A stretch of DNA of 63,998 nucleotides, filler included, from Circinaria calcarea (lineage: Eukaryota), in NCBI GenBank assembly GCA_051942165.1. It is 21 parts of 21 records of this genome, joined end to end, with 100 filler letters (N's around TTAATTAATTAA, not from the genome) between each part and the next. Parts side by side here need not be neighbours in the genome. Positions count along the whole stretch, not along the records: positions 12,268 to 15,230 come from JAVECS010003143.1; positions 15,331 to 18,291 come from JAVECS010003144.1; positions 18,392 to 21,352 come from JAVECS010003145.1; positions 21,453 to 24,411 come from JAVECS010003146.1; positions 24,512 to 27,470 come from JAVECS010003147.1; 16 more parts are not named here. The stretch is one strand, 5' to 3'. How positions within the stretch are numbered: the stretch's first letter is position 1; every line of letters begins with the position of its first letter. This document shows positions 12,320-25,143 of the stretch, in pieces. A program made the translations under genes and the position numbers. The notes under the pieces are model-generated. The model was given only the letters and a program-made list of their open reading frames with translations. It did no database searches and was not told the DNA's origin.

Positions 12320-13938
12320 CGCTTCCGCAAATTTCTGGAAACACAGAGTCAACATCATCACAAGACAAGGCCAGCAGTTGGTTAAAAGAATGTCTAACCA
12401 CTCATGAACAATGTGCACTTCCGGACGAAAAGTATTTCCCAAAGCGGGTTATAGACGTGTTTCCTAGAAAGAGTGGGGAGGATCCTTGCCTCGTGGATCT
12501 GGAGGATTTACACCACTCCAACCCCACTTTCGACCTAAAGTCCTCGCACACACCTCTATATGCGTGTCTAAGTCACTGCTGGGGAAAGGTCGCTCTCTTG
12601 AGAACCTTGACCGATACAGTCGAGGAACACAAGCGCGGTATCCCATATGGATTACTGTCCAAGACCTTCCAAGACGCAATTACATTCGTACTAGTTCTCA
12701 ACATCCGATATCTCTGGATTGATTCTCTCTGCATTATTCAAGATAACACAGCCGACTGGGAATGGCACGCTTCACACATGGACATGATTTACAGGAACAG
12801 TTTGATTACACTGGCTGCCACGGCCTCTAGTGACGGAACTGGTGGCTGTTTTAGAAAGGTCTTGCAATCGGATTCGGAGGTCTTCATCCAGAGAAAAACA
12901 AGTAGTGACAAGAATGCACCGGCAATCTGCTGTCGCAAGGCGATCAAACACCCAGATCAACTCATTACCTCGGATGACATCTTCAGCCATGCACCCTTAA
13001 TTGGTCGCGCATGGTGCTACCAAGAATACATCCTTGCTCCTCGAGTTCTCCAGTTCACGAGCTCGGAGTTGGTCTGGGAATGCAATACCTTGTTGAAGTG
13101 CGAGTGCGGCCGTATCCTACCGGAGAGAAACAAGGAGAAATCTCAGCTTGTAGAAGCTACAGTCGCAGGTGATCTAGACAGCCTCTTTAAGGAATGGCGC
13201 CAAATAGTGACGGCTTACTCTCTGAGAACTCATACATTCCAAAGTGACAAGCTCCCTGCTTTATCCGGGATTGCAAAGCACATACAACAACATATGGATC
13301 CGTCGTCCCAACGTTATCTGGGTGGATTGTGGGAGTCAGACATCATCCAGGGGCTGACCTGGATGGCCTCCGGAAAACAGAGGACTCGTACATACCGTGC
13401 GCCTTCCTGGTCATGGGCCTCCATGGACAGGGAAGTCTTTTGGGATGAACACCTTCTCGACCCGGCCAAAACAACAGCTCGTGTTCTCGAAGTTAACTGT
13501 ACCCCAAAAGGCTTCGACCTTACCGGTGCCGTCTCCGGAGGTCATCTCACCATATCCGGCCCCTTGCTCGAAGTCCAGCTCGTGTATGATGGTTCCGAGT
13601 GTCCGAATCGAGACAACCATAGGTGGTATTATATTAGGAACAGCAGAAGAGCACACTCTAAGGACAGGGAGTTACCGCAAATCGACAATGACTACCCGTT
13701 CGTGGAGGGAGGCGAGCAACATCTTCCCTCGAGTGAAAATCTTTGGTGTTTACAGCTGGGCTTTACGCGCTTGGCGAGTTTGAATCTGCCGGAAATGCGC
13801 TACAAGACGGTCATACTGCGGTCTTCACGCAAAGATAGTAGCCTCTTCGAGAGGGTCGGCGTCTTTTGTAGCGTTCCCGACTACCCAGGTGAGGAGTGGT
13901 TTGACGACCCGTCCATTGTAACAGTGACGATTATTTAA
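12320..13938 (+). CDS. Heterokaryon incompatibility (HET domain) protein, last exon
   Basis: WLKECLTTHEQC, FPKRVIDV, YACLSHCWG, KTFQDAI, YLWIDSLCIIQD, PLIGRAWCYQE, DKLPALSGIA, APSWSWAS. Confidence 0.93.
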
Positions 13939-15330
13939 ACCTTACATCCTTATACAAGGTCCATAAAATACTTTTGTACCATACGATCAGAGAAATTAAC
14001 AACTTAAGTACAGGTGCAAAAAGGGTTTGTATGACTTGCCTTTGGATGGCTGGTATCGCCAGATTCCAAACCACCGCCGGTCGAAGTCGACGGCGAATTT
14101 TTTATTAAATCAGGAGTACATCAGACCGCTACGCACCCTTTCTTTGGGGATCCTGGTGGTGGAGAAAGAGGAGAAAGAAGAGGAAAGAAATGAAGCTGAT
14201 GTTAGGGGTCAAATTGTCATGGCCAGCATACTTTCGCAGTACACTCTACCATCAACTATTACAAGATGCAATACGAGTGGAAGCTTTACTATAGGTTAAA
14301 AGGTTAGATTCTGTCGTTATCGTTGCATTCGAAATTTTCCCGTACGGCCAGAAAGTATACTGCCTAAGAAGACTATATCATAGTATGAAGAAGGCAACGA
14401 GGACTTTTGATCGCGAATACCTCTTTCATTTACACATTGCGTCATTACAAGTTCCTGCTTACTATATTAGAAGCTTGACCGCCTCAAGGACTTGAATAGC
14501 AAATGATAGTAATGCTTACAGCGCTGTGTTCTATTTACAACGCTATATCCAAGGCACAAAAGAAAGAATAATAAAGCAGAAACCCTAACGAGTCTACCGA
14601 TTCGCCTGTTGCAACCCTTAATACCATGCCACCATCCGCAGTCGATGTGTGAATATGAGTTTTGTGATAGTTAATGTGGTATGACAGGACATTTCACCGC
14701 TCGTTGCAAAGCTAGTTTCCTTGCTGATGGTTCTGTGGGCAGTGAACAGCCTGAGGGTGACCGATGCGGATAGCAACGTCAGTGTCGAGAGCGTCGAGAC
14801 TTCCGATATCTTCTGCTGAAAGATAACCGCCTAGTCAGCATGTTACACTTGATCGTTTATAGAGTAAAAGAGTTCACATACAATCAGGGTTTGGATTGTG
14901 CTCAGGTAGTGGATGACCCACCGGCAGGAGAATATCAAGGCCGAGTTCTCCCAAGTCACCATCGCCACGGTTCTCAAGATCGAAGGCGGCATGGCCTTCC
15001 GCACGAGCTGGAGAAGCAGCCACGCTCTCAGTTTCTGCTACAAGTCAAACAGCGAAGGAGATAACCAACCGGTAGTGCATCGGCCGCCGCGAGAAGCATG
15101 CCACATCCGAAAATATTGGGCAGTAATGCGGCCGAGGAAAACTATGCCAGCAAACAACAGAGCCAGAAGGATCCTGTTTACCTTGGGACTATACCACATA
15201 TCGTTCCATCCCAAGGGTACTGGCTGGGGGNNNNNNNNNNNNNNNNNNNNNNNNNNNNNNNNNNNNNNNNNNNNTTAATTAATTAANNNNNNNNNNNNNN
15301 NNNNNNNNNNNNNNNNNNNNNNNNNNNNNN

Positions 15331-15564
15331 CAACACATTGCCATCTGGACTCTTCTCCAGCTACTCGAATCCGAGGATAAAGCTCTTGTGGAACTCATCG
15401 CCAAGGCCGATGATATAATCCAGATGATCAAGACCATTTCGGATAAGAACATCGAGTCTGACGACGAAGAAGGTGAAGATGGAGAGGGTGAGGTGGTGCA
15501 ACTCGCGAGGCGCTCTTTGGAATTACTAAGTCAAGGTGGGAAACAGACCTTGGTTGAGGGATGA
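15331..15564 (+). CDS. VAC8: C-terminal fragment of vacuolar armadillo-repeat protein Vac8
   Basis: [23 protein letters not shown]...[26 protein letters not shown]. Not in the ORF track. Confidence 0.85.
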   Translation, partial: QHIAIWTLLQLLESEDKALVELIAKADDIIQMIKTISDKNIESDDEEGEDGEGEVVQLARRSLELLSQGGKQTLVEG

Positions 15565-16729
15565 GTGCTGGAAGAAAAGGTGGTTTTGTGTATTCAATAC
15601 AATAGGGTTTCTGTGTTCTTTGCGGTCAGCTGGTTGGGCCCTACTATAAGGAACCTTGGCATGGCCTTTGGTTTCTGTATTCTGCTGCAAGGCGTTCAAG
15701 GTACTACCCCCTTTTTATTTCACAGGAGTATTTCAGGGCCAGGAAAATCGAGACTTTTTACGAGAGAGCATCCAGCATATTCTTGGCAGCGTCAAGCGGG
15801 AGTTTTCCTTCCTTTTCTTTTGCAAAGGTTCCAAGAAGAGGGCCTTATTCAGCGCGCGGAGGGACATTGGTAATTCCCCGTAGGGAAAATAGGAAACAGG
15901 AAACAGTATCTTGATCATCAGAGGATGAACCTTGCCATGCCGGGTGAAAATGTTTTCCTTTACCCCCTTGTTTCCATTGTGCTTGTTATGTAGGCAGGCC
16001 CTATTCTCGCTCGATCCTTACCCCTCCCCAGGAACTTCTTTCAATCGTTTGTGGGTTTACCGTATGGATCCGAGTAAGCCTACCTGCTTGCCTGCGCTGC
16101 GTTACGCTGCCTTTTTCTTAGAAGTTTTTGATAATGCATGGAGGTGCGTGTCTCCGACCCCAGGGACCAGGACAAAAGGTGTTCATGGCCCTGTTTTTAT
16201 TTGGATTATCTGACACTACCACGGAGCTATTGGACTTTTTCGGCACTGGGAATTCTCTTTTGTTGTCGCTAGACGGTTATCTTATGGATTATGCTCCGAT
16301 TTGGAGAAGGAAGGTTGCATAATCGATAAAGGCGGTGGGATCATCGTGTGTTTAATTGCCGGGCGATCTTCGAAGGCAATGCATCCCTTGGACGCTAAGG
16401 TTAATCATAGGAGGCCCAAAGGACGGTTTGACCGAGTACTATAAACAAAAGGTAAAGGATTCTGAGCGGGGATGCTGAAGTTGTTGTGAGCGGTTGGGTT
16501 GGTCTATCGAGTCTCAACAGGGTGGGTGTCATGAGTCTCTCAAGACGTTATGGTATGAGTCAAGGTCATAATTTTCCTGTTTTATAGATATATTCATCTT
16601 CTTCCCACCTGGTGTGATAATACTTTCAAGAAATTCCCAACTCAAGCTGTGATTACTTACTGGCGGATCTTCCTGCGCTTTCGAGTTCGTCGTGTAATTT
16701 TCAGCATGTCTCTCGTTAGCTGGAACAGC

Positions 16730-17020
16730 TTATCGACTTGAAGTTAAAATCATGATAATGAATCGGGCGGAGGATATATATCTCTGTACAACTTCATCCT
16801 TATCGGCTCTTCGATGTTCGATTGCTTCAAATGTTCGTTCAATGCGTTGCTTCCAGGTCTTTATGATCAAGACTTTTCCCTCGAGAAGATTCAACACCTC
16901 ATTCTTGATCACTTCATGATAAGGGTAATGGTAAATATACGGCTGAGAAATCTCTAGATCTTCGACTTGACAAGACGAAGGATCTTGGAGAGCGGCTACA
17001 ACCCTTGTGGGTAAATCCAT
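16730..17020 (-). CDS. Small hypothetical protein (probably spliced further downstream)
   Basis: ATG-initiated 96-aa ORF with protein-like composition. No family recognised. Confidence 0.3.
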   Translation of the reverse strand: MDLPTRVVAALQDPSSCQVEDLEISQPYIYHYPYHEVIKNEVLNLLEGKVLIIKTWKQRIERTFEAIEHRRADKDEVVQRYISSARFIIMILTSSR

Positions 17021-17103
17021 GGTGGATTTTGAAGGAGAGTGTCGACATTCAGATACATGTCAGCTATTTCACTCGGACGATTATTGACTGTCAACGTCAA
17101 CCT

Positions 17104-17275
17104 TGTTGAGCAGCAATATGTATGGTGGCATTTATGCTATCTGCTTGTGTGCGTAACTAAGTAACTACCTATGCTACGAAAAAGTGCTTTTATGAAGTGT
17201 GTAGAAAGTGTTGAGCATGGACCGTGTGTTAGCCGAAGCTAACACATGAGTCCGTAAGCCCTATGATTTCCAACA
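17104..17275. mobile_element. Solo LTR (172 bp) with 5-bp TSD AACCT
   Basis: TGTTG...CAACA termini. AACCT at 17099-17103 and 17276-17280. Homologous copy at 41032-41204. Confidence 0.88.
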
Positions 17276-18717
17276 AACCTCTGAACAACAAGCCGGTCAC
17301 GTTGGGGAAAGAGTCGCCGGCTACCTTGGCCATGACAATTTCGCATTTAACATGCCTAATGGTCATTCCAAGTCTGGTGTGACCTGTCTTACTCGTGGAC
17401 CTCCTCAGATAACATTGCACTTGCAAAGAATGGGTTCGATAGCAGGGTCAATCAACTGACGGAATATCTCCGAGAGTTTTATCCATACGAAAATTGACCG
17501 ACCTGGGAGATATTTATCTCCGTCTTGCAAAACTTGTCAACCGAGATGCACAGGGTTCCCAGTCACATGGAGCACTGAAAGATGGAAATTACTTCGCTAT
17601 ACCCAAATCACTCGGTTCTACTCCCCACCGCTCAGAAGGCCAGGGGGTTGCGAGGGGCGTCAGAGCTCGGCTCCTTTCCGAAGGCTTGGATTTTCTCCAT
17701 TTCCTCCTGAAAGGTACCGATGCTGACACCCGAACTGACCAAAATCAAGCGGCTTCACTGGATTTCCTAACGTGTTCCTCATGGCGGTAACTCCGGCAGA
17801 TTAAAAAACCCGGGGGATTTATACTCAGCCATTTGACCCCCCCCCCCTTTCCCTTGTCGGTTTACCCCTTCGAGAGGTTGAAAACGACATGGCGGAGTGC
17901 TAGATTAGATCGACTTTCTGTGCCACAAACCCAAAACAAGCTGATTGCAAAATAACACATACGAATAACCGCGCAGGGTCGGGATCCCTAGCGCTAGTTT
18001 AATGAAACTCTGAGTATACCAGGAAAAATCCAGCCCCAACCGCCTGAACAATTCCTGACCCCCCTTTTTTCAAAAACCCTCGACCGGTACGAATAAGGAC
18101 TGGCAGCCAACTTGACGGCTGGGAACCTGACAAATCAACTGTTGCCACAAAGGGGTTTCCGCGCCCCTGATAACTAGGTTTGCCGGATTTTTTTTTGGGA
18201 AAAAGCACGGTACCGGATGAGATAAGGTACAGGTAATCACTGTGGAAATAAACACCCCCCCTCCCCCTTTCTCTACCTCTCTCCTCTCCCTNNNNNNNNN
18301 NNNNNNNNNNNNNNNNNNNNNNNNNNNNNNNNNNNTTAATTAATTAANNNNNNNNNNNNNNNNNNNNNNNNNNNNNNNNNNNNNNNNNNNNTCCCATAAG
18401 GATTCTACGGTACCTCCAAGCCCCCCCCCCCAAAAAGGGGGTTCCGTCACGGAGGGGGGTTGGCACTACATAACTGAGGAGGCAATCATCTATTATTCAA
18501 CTGCCGTTCCATCACGTTGAATAAGAAAAAACACGACGGATATGAAATTAGGTGATTCGCCAGGAGCTATCCTTAGCATATACACTCCTTATGCTCTTCA
18601 TCCCTCTCCTGCTGAAAATCCCCCCTCACGGCACCCCCCGGTTCCGAATTCCCCTGTAGCAAGGCCGTCGAAAACCCTTATTGGATAGAATAGCTGCCCG
18701 ACTTTTCTCAACAAGAG

Positions 18718-19756
18718 ATGCCTTCGGTCTCAGCTGACAAGTGAGTGGTCGCCCCTCCAATCCGTGGTTGTCGGACGGGGGGGGCCAAATCAGCCTTTCC
18801 CAGCGAACCTCCGTCGATGATCGAAAAAATACCATGCAGAGCCAGCACCGGGAAGAGTTTCGACCGAACAACCCTTTTCCCGAGGATATCTTGGAAGCCG
18901 CGGGCGCGGAGCTCGATCGGCTGGCTGCTATACTGGAACGTGAAGGCATCAAAGTCTATCGGCCCGACGACGTGGATTGGATTGAGATGGGTAGGTATAC
19001 AGGCGCTATGCCACTGGATGGCTTATTGACCGTGGGCAACCACATTATCGAATCCGCTTACGCCTGGCGCTGCCGCCGGTATGAGATCGCTTTGGCGTTT
19101 GAGAAGATTTTACACGAGCTTGGTCAGGATGCTGCTGTGCGGGTGATCCGGGCGCCCCAATCCACCGGTCCCAGACACTATCTACGATGAACCGGTGGGC
19201 GACGGTGTCGACGGCGCTGCATGGGCCATCAAAAACAGCCGTCCTGCTTTTGATACTGCCGATTTCATGCGTTTTGGCAAGACTTTGCTGGGTCAATTTA
19301 GCCACGTTACTAACGTTTAGAGGTATCGAGTACCTTGGCGCGCAAGTTCCAGAAGGCTACACGATCAAAATGCTCGAGGTGACCAACAATCCGCACGCGA
19401 TGCATATTGACACCGTGATATGTCCGCTCCGGCAAGGTCTCCTGATCTACTGTCCAAGCCGAGTGTCTGAAGCGGCGCTGAGGAAACGCGAAATCTTGAA
19501 GGACTGGGACCTAGGGCCAGTACCTTTCACCCCGAAGCCACGTCTTGACCCTCCATCTTCCACTTGCTCAGACTGGCTTGTGATGAATGTACTAGTCCTG
19601 GATGGGAGGAAAGTAATCGTTGACGAGGTCGATACCGAACTTTGCGGAATGGATGCGAGAGCTAGGGATGGAGCCCGTCTTCTGCCCGCTAAGGCATGTC
19701 AACAGCATGGGGGGGCTTCTCATTGTGCCACCATGGACTTGATTCGTCTAACCTAG
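18718..19756 (+). pseudogene. Amidinotransferase (glycine/inosamine-phosphate amidinotransferase family), multiply frameshifted (pseudogene or sequencing errors)
   Basis: Motifs spread over frames: EWSPLQSVVVGR, GIKVYRP, AMPLDGLLTVGNHIIE, PAFDTADFMRFGK, HAMHIDT, WLVMNVLVLD, GG..HCATMDL (catalytic Asp/His/Cys motifs). No intron evident. Confidence 0.8.
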
Positions 19757-20669
19757 AAGGGCAGAATGTGGCCTTTCCATATGATGGGCTTACCATGATT
19801 ATCAGAAATCAAAGCAATTAGATCGGCAAACACAGCCTTCGGTCTTGAGTCCCCCGTGTGTTAGGGTTGTGGGAGTATCGAGTCTTGCGGTAGAAAGCTG
19901 GGGGCTATGGGTCCTCAAGATCTGGAACCCCGAGTATGTAAGTTTTAAAAATATTAGGTATGAGGAGATCAGCGCCGTGATGGAGTTCTTTTGGAGTAGA
20001 TATTAGACAATTCCGTCCCGTGAAGCGCGGATTGCTTATTTGGGTCCCAGGGAAGGCAATCTCTTCGGTCCTGCAATCATTGGGTCCTGGAGTAGACATC
20101 GAGCGACGTAGGCTGAAGTGATCTAAGTTTTGATAATTCGATGGCTGTAAGTTCCGTGAATTCTGGAAATTTCAGTCCTGGAGGTGGGGAGGCTTGGATT
20201 GAAAGATGAGAATACGGAGCTTGGGGGTTGCGGGTCTGGAGAATCTGAGCCTTGGATCTTTAGGGCTTCGGGGTTTCTGCCTTTGGGCGGATAAAAGAAA
20301 GGCTGTTGGCATTGAGTCTGGGGAAGGGTCGATGTCATGCGAAGGGAGGAGCATGAGGTTAGTTTGCTGACCAAGGCTTTGGGCCTTAAAGCCTGCCTTC
20401 GGGCATAGATATAATGAATCAATTCTATTCACCTCATTGGATGCGTGCACCCTCCCGTGACAGTCGATTAGGTGTTGAAGGGCCAAGTCATACATTAGAA
20501 CTTTGAGGACGTAAGGATCTTAGCTTGGGTCTTAAAACTTTGGATCTACTTTTTACAATCATGATAGGTGTTGAGAAATGGACTTGTATCGAAAGAGCCC
20601 CGGACTCCGAATAAACAAGTTTGATAAGAACCCAAACCTCGAAATCCAGCTCTTGAAGACAGCGGCCAT

Positions 20670-21352
20670 CTACCGTACACCCTCCTCCCTAGCCCACTGG
20701 TCATCCGTAGTCCCCTCTTTTACTTGTAACAAATAGCGATCGAATTTTCCGGCAACGTTGATAACATGCTTTAGATGGCTGTAGTCCATTTTAACTTTCT
20801 TGTACAGGGCTAATTGCCTCGCAGTGGTAAGTGCGTTCCGGATCTGCCGTCCATTCATGTTGTGCTTGGCTAACTCGTCAATGTGCTGTCGGAGGTCTTC
20901 AATATTGACTTTATCCTCTTCCATGTCTTTGAGTCTTTTGAGGAAGTTCTTCCAGATCTTCTCGCGTTGCGGTGCTGTGAGGTTCTCGTAGTGGAGGGCG
21001 AGTTGGATGCGAGATTTGAAGGCTTCGTCAAAGGTGCCGACGCGGTTGCTTGTTAGGATGAGTATCCCTTCATAGGGAGTTAGGTGGGACACAACTAGAG
21101 ATTAGAGCTTCGGAAGCCTAGACACTTACCATCGTAGTATTCCAGAACCCGCAGGAACACTAATAGAAGATAATCAGTAAATAGTAGACATATGGAACAT
21201 CCAAACATCATAGACCTGATACCAGAGCATTTCTCTGCAAATCAGCCAGAGTCCGCTGTTCGAGAAAAACGTCGGCTTCATCCAGCAGCACAACTGACTT
21301 TTGTTAGTAAGAATATTCAGTAGCTATGTGCGAGCGACGGACCGCAGCCCCA
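20670..21352 (-). CDS. Fungal AAA+ ATPase, C-terminal fragment
   Basis: VLLDEADVFLEQR, RNALVS, FLRVLEYYDGILILTSNRVGTFDEAFKSRI, MNGRQIRNA. Introns present. Confidence 0.9.
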
Positions 21353-21453
21353 NNNNNNNNNNNNNNNNNNNNNNNNNNNNNNNNNNNNNNNNNNNNTTAA
21401 TTAATTAANNNNNNNNNNNNNNNNNNNNNNNNNNNNNNNNNNNNNNNNNNNNA

Positions 21454-21792
21454 CGATTATTCGGTAATGCAGATGTAGCAAGCGCACCCACTTCTCCCGG
21501 GAATGTGACTCCTCCTGTCCGGTCAGGAGGGGACTCTAGGAGCCGGGGAAAAAGCAAGGGCAGCAGAGATAGCCGTCTTCCTTTGTCCGCAGATAATAAG
21601 TCTCGACAGCTCTATGATCCAAACTATACCATCAAGCCGGAATCTGTTTACATACAGAAGCGCGAAGCTCAATCTTCGGGATCTGGGCGTTCTACACCTA
21701 GTGAAGAACAGCTAATCAGGGCTCCAAAAGGGCCTGATGGAAGCGGCAGGGGAGGTTTCGGCTTTGCTAACCGGGGCCGTGGAGCTACATAA
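21454..21792 (+). CDS. C-terminal fragment of a SUZ/SUZ-C domain RNA-binding protein
   Basis: Ends in LIRAPKGPDGSGRGGFGF, the SUZ-C-like motif. Confidence 0.65.
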   Translation, partial: RLFGNADVASAPTSPGNVTPPVRSGGDSRSRGKSKGSRDSRLPLSADNKSRQLYDPNYTIKPESVYIQKREAQSSGSGRSTPSEEQLIRAPKGPDGSGRGGFGFANRGRGAT

Positions 21793-22272
21793 AGTGTATG
21801 CTCAGATTCGATAACATACGAGTGTGATTTGGCTCATCTACAACTAAATCGCCTTGCAAGCTTAGTAGCTCCATAACAATGGGCAGACAATCTTCTCTGT
21901 ACGAGAATTCTATCCAGCAAAAACACGATCTAAAACTGGTCAGGATGGGAGCAAGGGTCAAATGCAATACAGATCACAACAGGGAAGGCATATGCATGGG
22001 GGCTAGTATGCTGGTTCTGAGCCTTTTCAAATAGGGAAATACGGCTCACATGATATAGTGCCATTCGCCTCAGCGCTGGTCCTTGCAGGAGTTTTGCATT
22101 CCTTCGCGGTCCCGAAATTGGGATCCCCCAGCATTCCATATAGTAAACATAATCTCACGAGAAATATAAGACGGCAATTGTCCCAGATAACCTCGGATTT
22201 TCAGACCATCCTTTGAATACCATCTTGACCGCTGCCAACGCGTTCACTCCTTTACAAGACTCAGTTGTCAGC

Positions 22273-23472
22273 ATGGCTACAATCATGCTGTCTGTCCTTA
22301 TTCTATCATCGCTGTTGGCAATCCCAGTTAGCACAGCCCCTGCTCCACAGTTACCAGCTCTACCCGGGGGAGCTCTTCCATTACCTGGAGCTATTCCACC
22401 TGCAGGACTCCCGCCTGTAGGAGCCTTGCCGGTACCTAGTACTAGCGCACTCCTCGCAATACCGACATCTAAATTACCGGTCGTACCTGTCATCAGCGCC
22501 TTGTCTACCACGTCGCTTGGAATCAGCCCCCCTGCTCTTACGCCTCCAGCCCTTCCTTTACCGACCACTTCACTTCTATCACCAAATTTACCCTCTGGTA
22601 TACTACCAGGGTAAGAGTGTCCTACCCTCGAAGTAAATTCGAATAATCAAGGAATTTTAATAACTCTCATATTTAGTGCGCCAAATGTTCCTAATCCCTT
22701 GAGTACATCACTTCCCGGGGTGGGTTCTGTTCCAGGGCCTATCATTCCAGGAATCTTACTGTCGACTGGTGTCATTCCGGCTCCTGGTCTACCGACGGCT
22801 GGTTTACCGACGGCTGGTCTACCGACGGCTGGTCTACCGACGGCTGGTCTACCGACGGCTGGTTTACCGACGGCTGGTCTACCGACGACTGGTGTTATCC
22901 CAATCCCCAGCTTACCAGCGAACGGTGTCGGTCCGATCCCTCCTTTGCCCACCTACGGCATTCTACCTCCCGGTGGCATTCCCATTCCCGGCGTTGACAC
23001 TCTCAACCTTATCATCGCCACTCTACAGCAACTTAGCACTCTAATCAACACGATCCTTGGGGTTCTTGCACCTGGCGGCGCTCCTGTCGTTCCTGGTCTT
23101 CCGCCGGTCAGTATCCCTGGCAGCGGTATCCCAACATCCACCAAGATAGGGACATCCCCTGCCCTTCCTACTTCGGGCCTCCCTGCACTTCCCACTTCAG
23201 GGCTCCCTGCACTTCCCACCTCGGGGCTTCCTACACTTCCCACTTCGGGGCTTCCTACACTTCCCACTTCAGGGCTTCCTACACTTCCCATTTCAGGGCT
23301 CCCTGCACTGCCCACTTCGGGGCTTCCTGCCCTTCCCACTTCGGGGCTTCCTGCACTTCCCACTTCGGGGCTCCCTGCAGTGCCCGCTCTTCCGACCGGC
23401 GGCACACAGTTGGCCATTGACGAGTTGATTGCGGCCCTGATACAAGCTCTGAAGAATGCTGGGGCGCATTAA
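22273..23472 (+). CDS. Secreted Pro/Leu/Gly/Thr-rich repeat protein, haplotype A (intron 22611-22676)
   Basis: Signal peptide MATIMLSVLILSSLLAIPVSTAP. Repeats (GLPTA)x7 and (ALPTSGLP)x9. A 66-nt GT-AG intron joins the two ORFs in frame. Confidence 0.85.
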
Positions 23473-24790
23473 ATCGGTGACGGAAAGCGGGAAACGGGAG
23501 ATGGATGGTGTTTGGGTGTGGTAATGTTGTGGAAAAGTTGATGGGGGATTTTTTGATGGCTTGCGAGACTTTTGTTTCCGTATTGCAATTCTCCGAGTTC
23601 TGCGGGGAGGAGAGGGCAGGAAAATTAGGGGGGTTGGGTGGTATTTGGATGTATTGGGGGGGTTTTTTTAAAGGGTTTTCTGATATTTTCGACCGCTCTA
23701 CCAGACTAGTAATTCTTTTCATCCATCTAAAATGACATCTTGCCTTGGGGTTTAATCGATGAGATACCCGATGACCGGGGATATCTTCCTCAAACGTGTG
23801 CTTTGTGCTGCTGCTGCTGCTGCTGTTTAGAGAATCAGTTCTCCTCTGGGCCAACGGAAAAGCATGGAAACTTATCATGATTTTCATGGGCTGGGGAAAG
23901 AAAGAAAGAGAGAAAGTGCACAGATTTGACAAAAGTCCGACTCTGATTTTGAGATTTGAAAACGTTGCTATTTCATTTTGCGTGGCGTGGCGTGGCGTGG
24001 CGGCATTTTGCAGGAGGCCCCGGCTGTTGAAGTTGAGCGGTGAGTGGATTCAGATTCACAGGTAATTGGTAATGGGTCATTGTTAATGCAGTTCAGTTGT
24101 CTACTTTGCGGCCTGGGGGCTGGGGGAGCTACTTACTTACCTACCTTGTCGATTTTAATCTATCTGTCGATTTACCTATAGAGAGAGAGAGGGGGAAAAC
24201 AGATGATGCCGCAAAACCACTGCGAGCGAGCGAGCGAGCGAGCGATCTCAGTTGGAGTTTTTCCCAACACCCCGTAGGATAAACTCCCATTTCGCCTTTA
24301 TGTACAAAATGTTACTGTACATCATCCTCCCTCCCTCCTTGCCCTATCTACGCCCTTTTCACCTTCACCTTCATCTCCATCCTTTCCCCGTTCCCCCCCC
24401 TTCCTTCCTCCNNNNNNNNNNNNNNNNNNNNNNNNNNNNNNNNNNNNNNNNNNNNTTAATTAATTAANNNNNNNNNNNNNNNNNNNNNNNNNNNNNNNNN
24501 NNNNNNNNNNNGTTTAAACCTCAATCTTTGGTTACTAGAATCAGTGATTACTTTTTCTGGGGATTGGGTTTGGTTTGGTTTGGTTTGGTTTGGTTGGGAA
24601 GGGGGATTGATTCATTTGATTTCCTTCCTTTTCCTTTCCCTTACTCTTGGAAAGTATGGAGGTTTTTTGTGGTGAAAAAGACCAGGGGGGTTGGTGTTGG
24701 ATTCAACCGGGGGCGATGGGAAGTTTCGCGAAATGGGGCTTTTGGAAGAATAGCAGGGTACAGGGACATCTACAGGGTGCAGTGATAGAT

Positions 24791-24838
24791 ATAGGTATAG
24801 GTATAGGTATAGGGATAGGGATAGGGATAGGGATAGGT
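24791..24838. repeat. Hexamer microsatellite (ATAGGT/ATAGGG)n
   Basis: About 8 tandem units are directly visible. Confidence 0.8.
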
Positions 24839-25143
24839 GTAGGGCATACCACCAACAACGCCCGTGAGAATTTCGGGGGAACCGAGAAACGCCTTGCAGC
24901 GGATACCTAACGGGGAGAGACATCGATGCAATGCGCTCAGATTACATCCTCCCCGAATCTAGACCCCCATACATGTCTAAAATTCCTCCAGCTGAACCCA
25001 AATTGAAAAGATCCGAAATAAGGGGCCCTAAATAATTCCCAAATATGCAAACCACCCCTCTTTTATCCCCATACCGACGCCCTCCCTTCCCCAAAACCAC
25101 CAACCTTCATTCCCCCCTCTTCTTCCTCACCTACCTACTCCAT

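Noticed and set aside
14600..15230. Possible spliced minus-strand gene end
   Set aside because: Splice-like signals exist, but I could not build a consistent frame or recognise a product.
17780..18480. Homopolymer-rich stretches at contig ends (also 45600-45789, 63780-63998)
   Set aside because: They look like low-quality read ends rather than biological structure.
22780..23400. LPxTG-like sortase motifs (LPTTG/LPTSG/LPTAG)
   Set aside because: Intron-containing fungal gene with no following TM segment or basic tail. The resemblance is likely compositional.
24791..24838. Telomere-like repeat
   Set aside because: Units are ATAGGG/ATAGGT rather than TTAGGG, and the tract is internal. It is an ordinary microsatellite.
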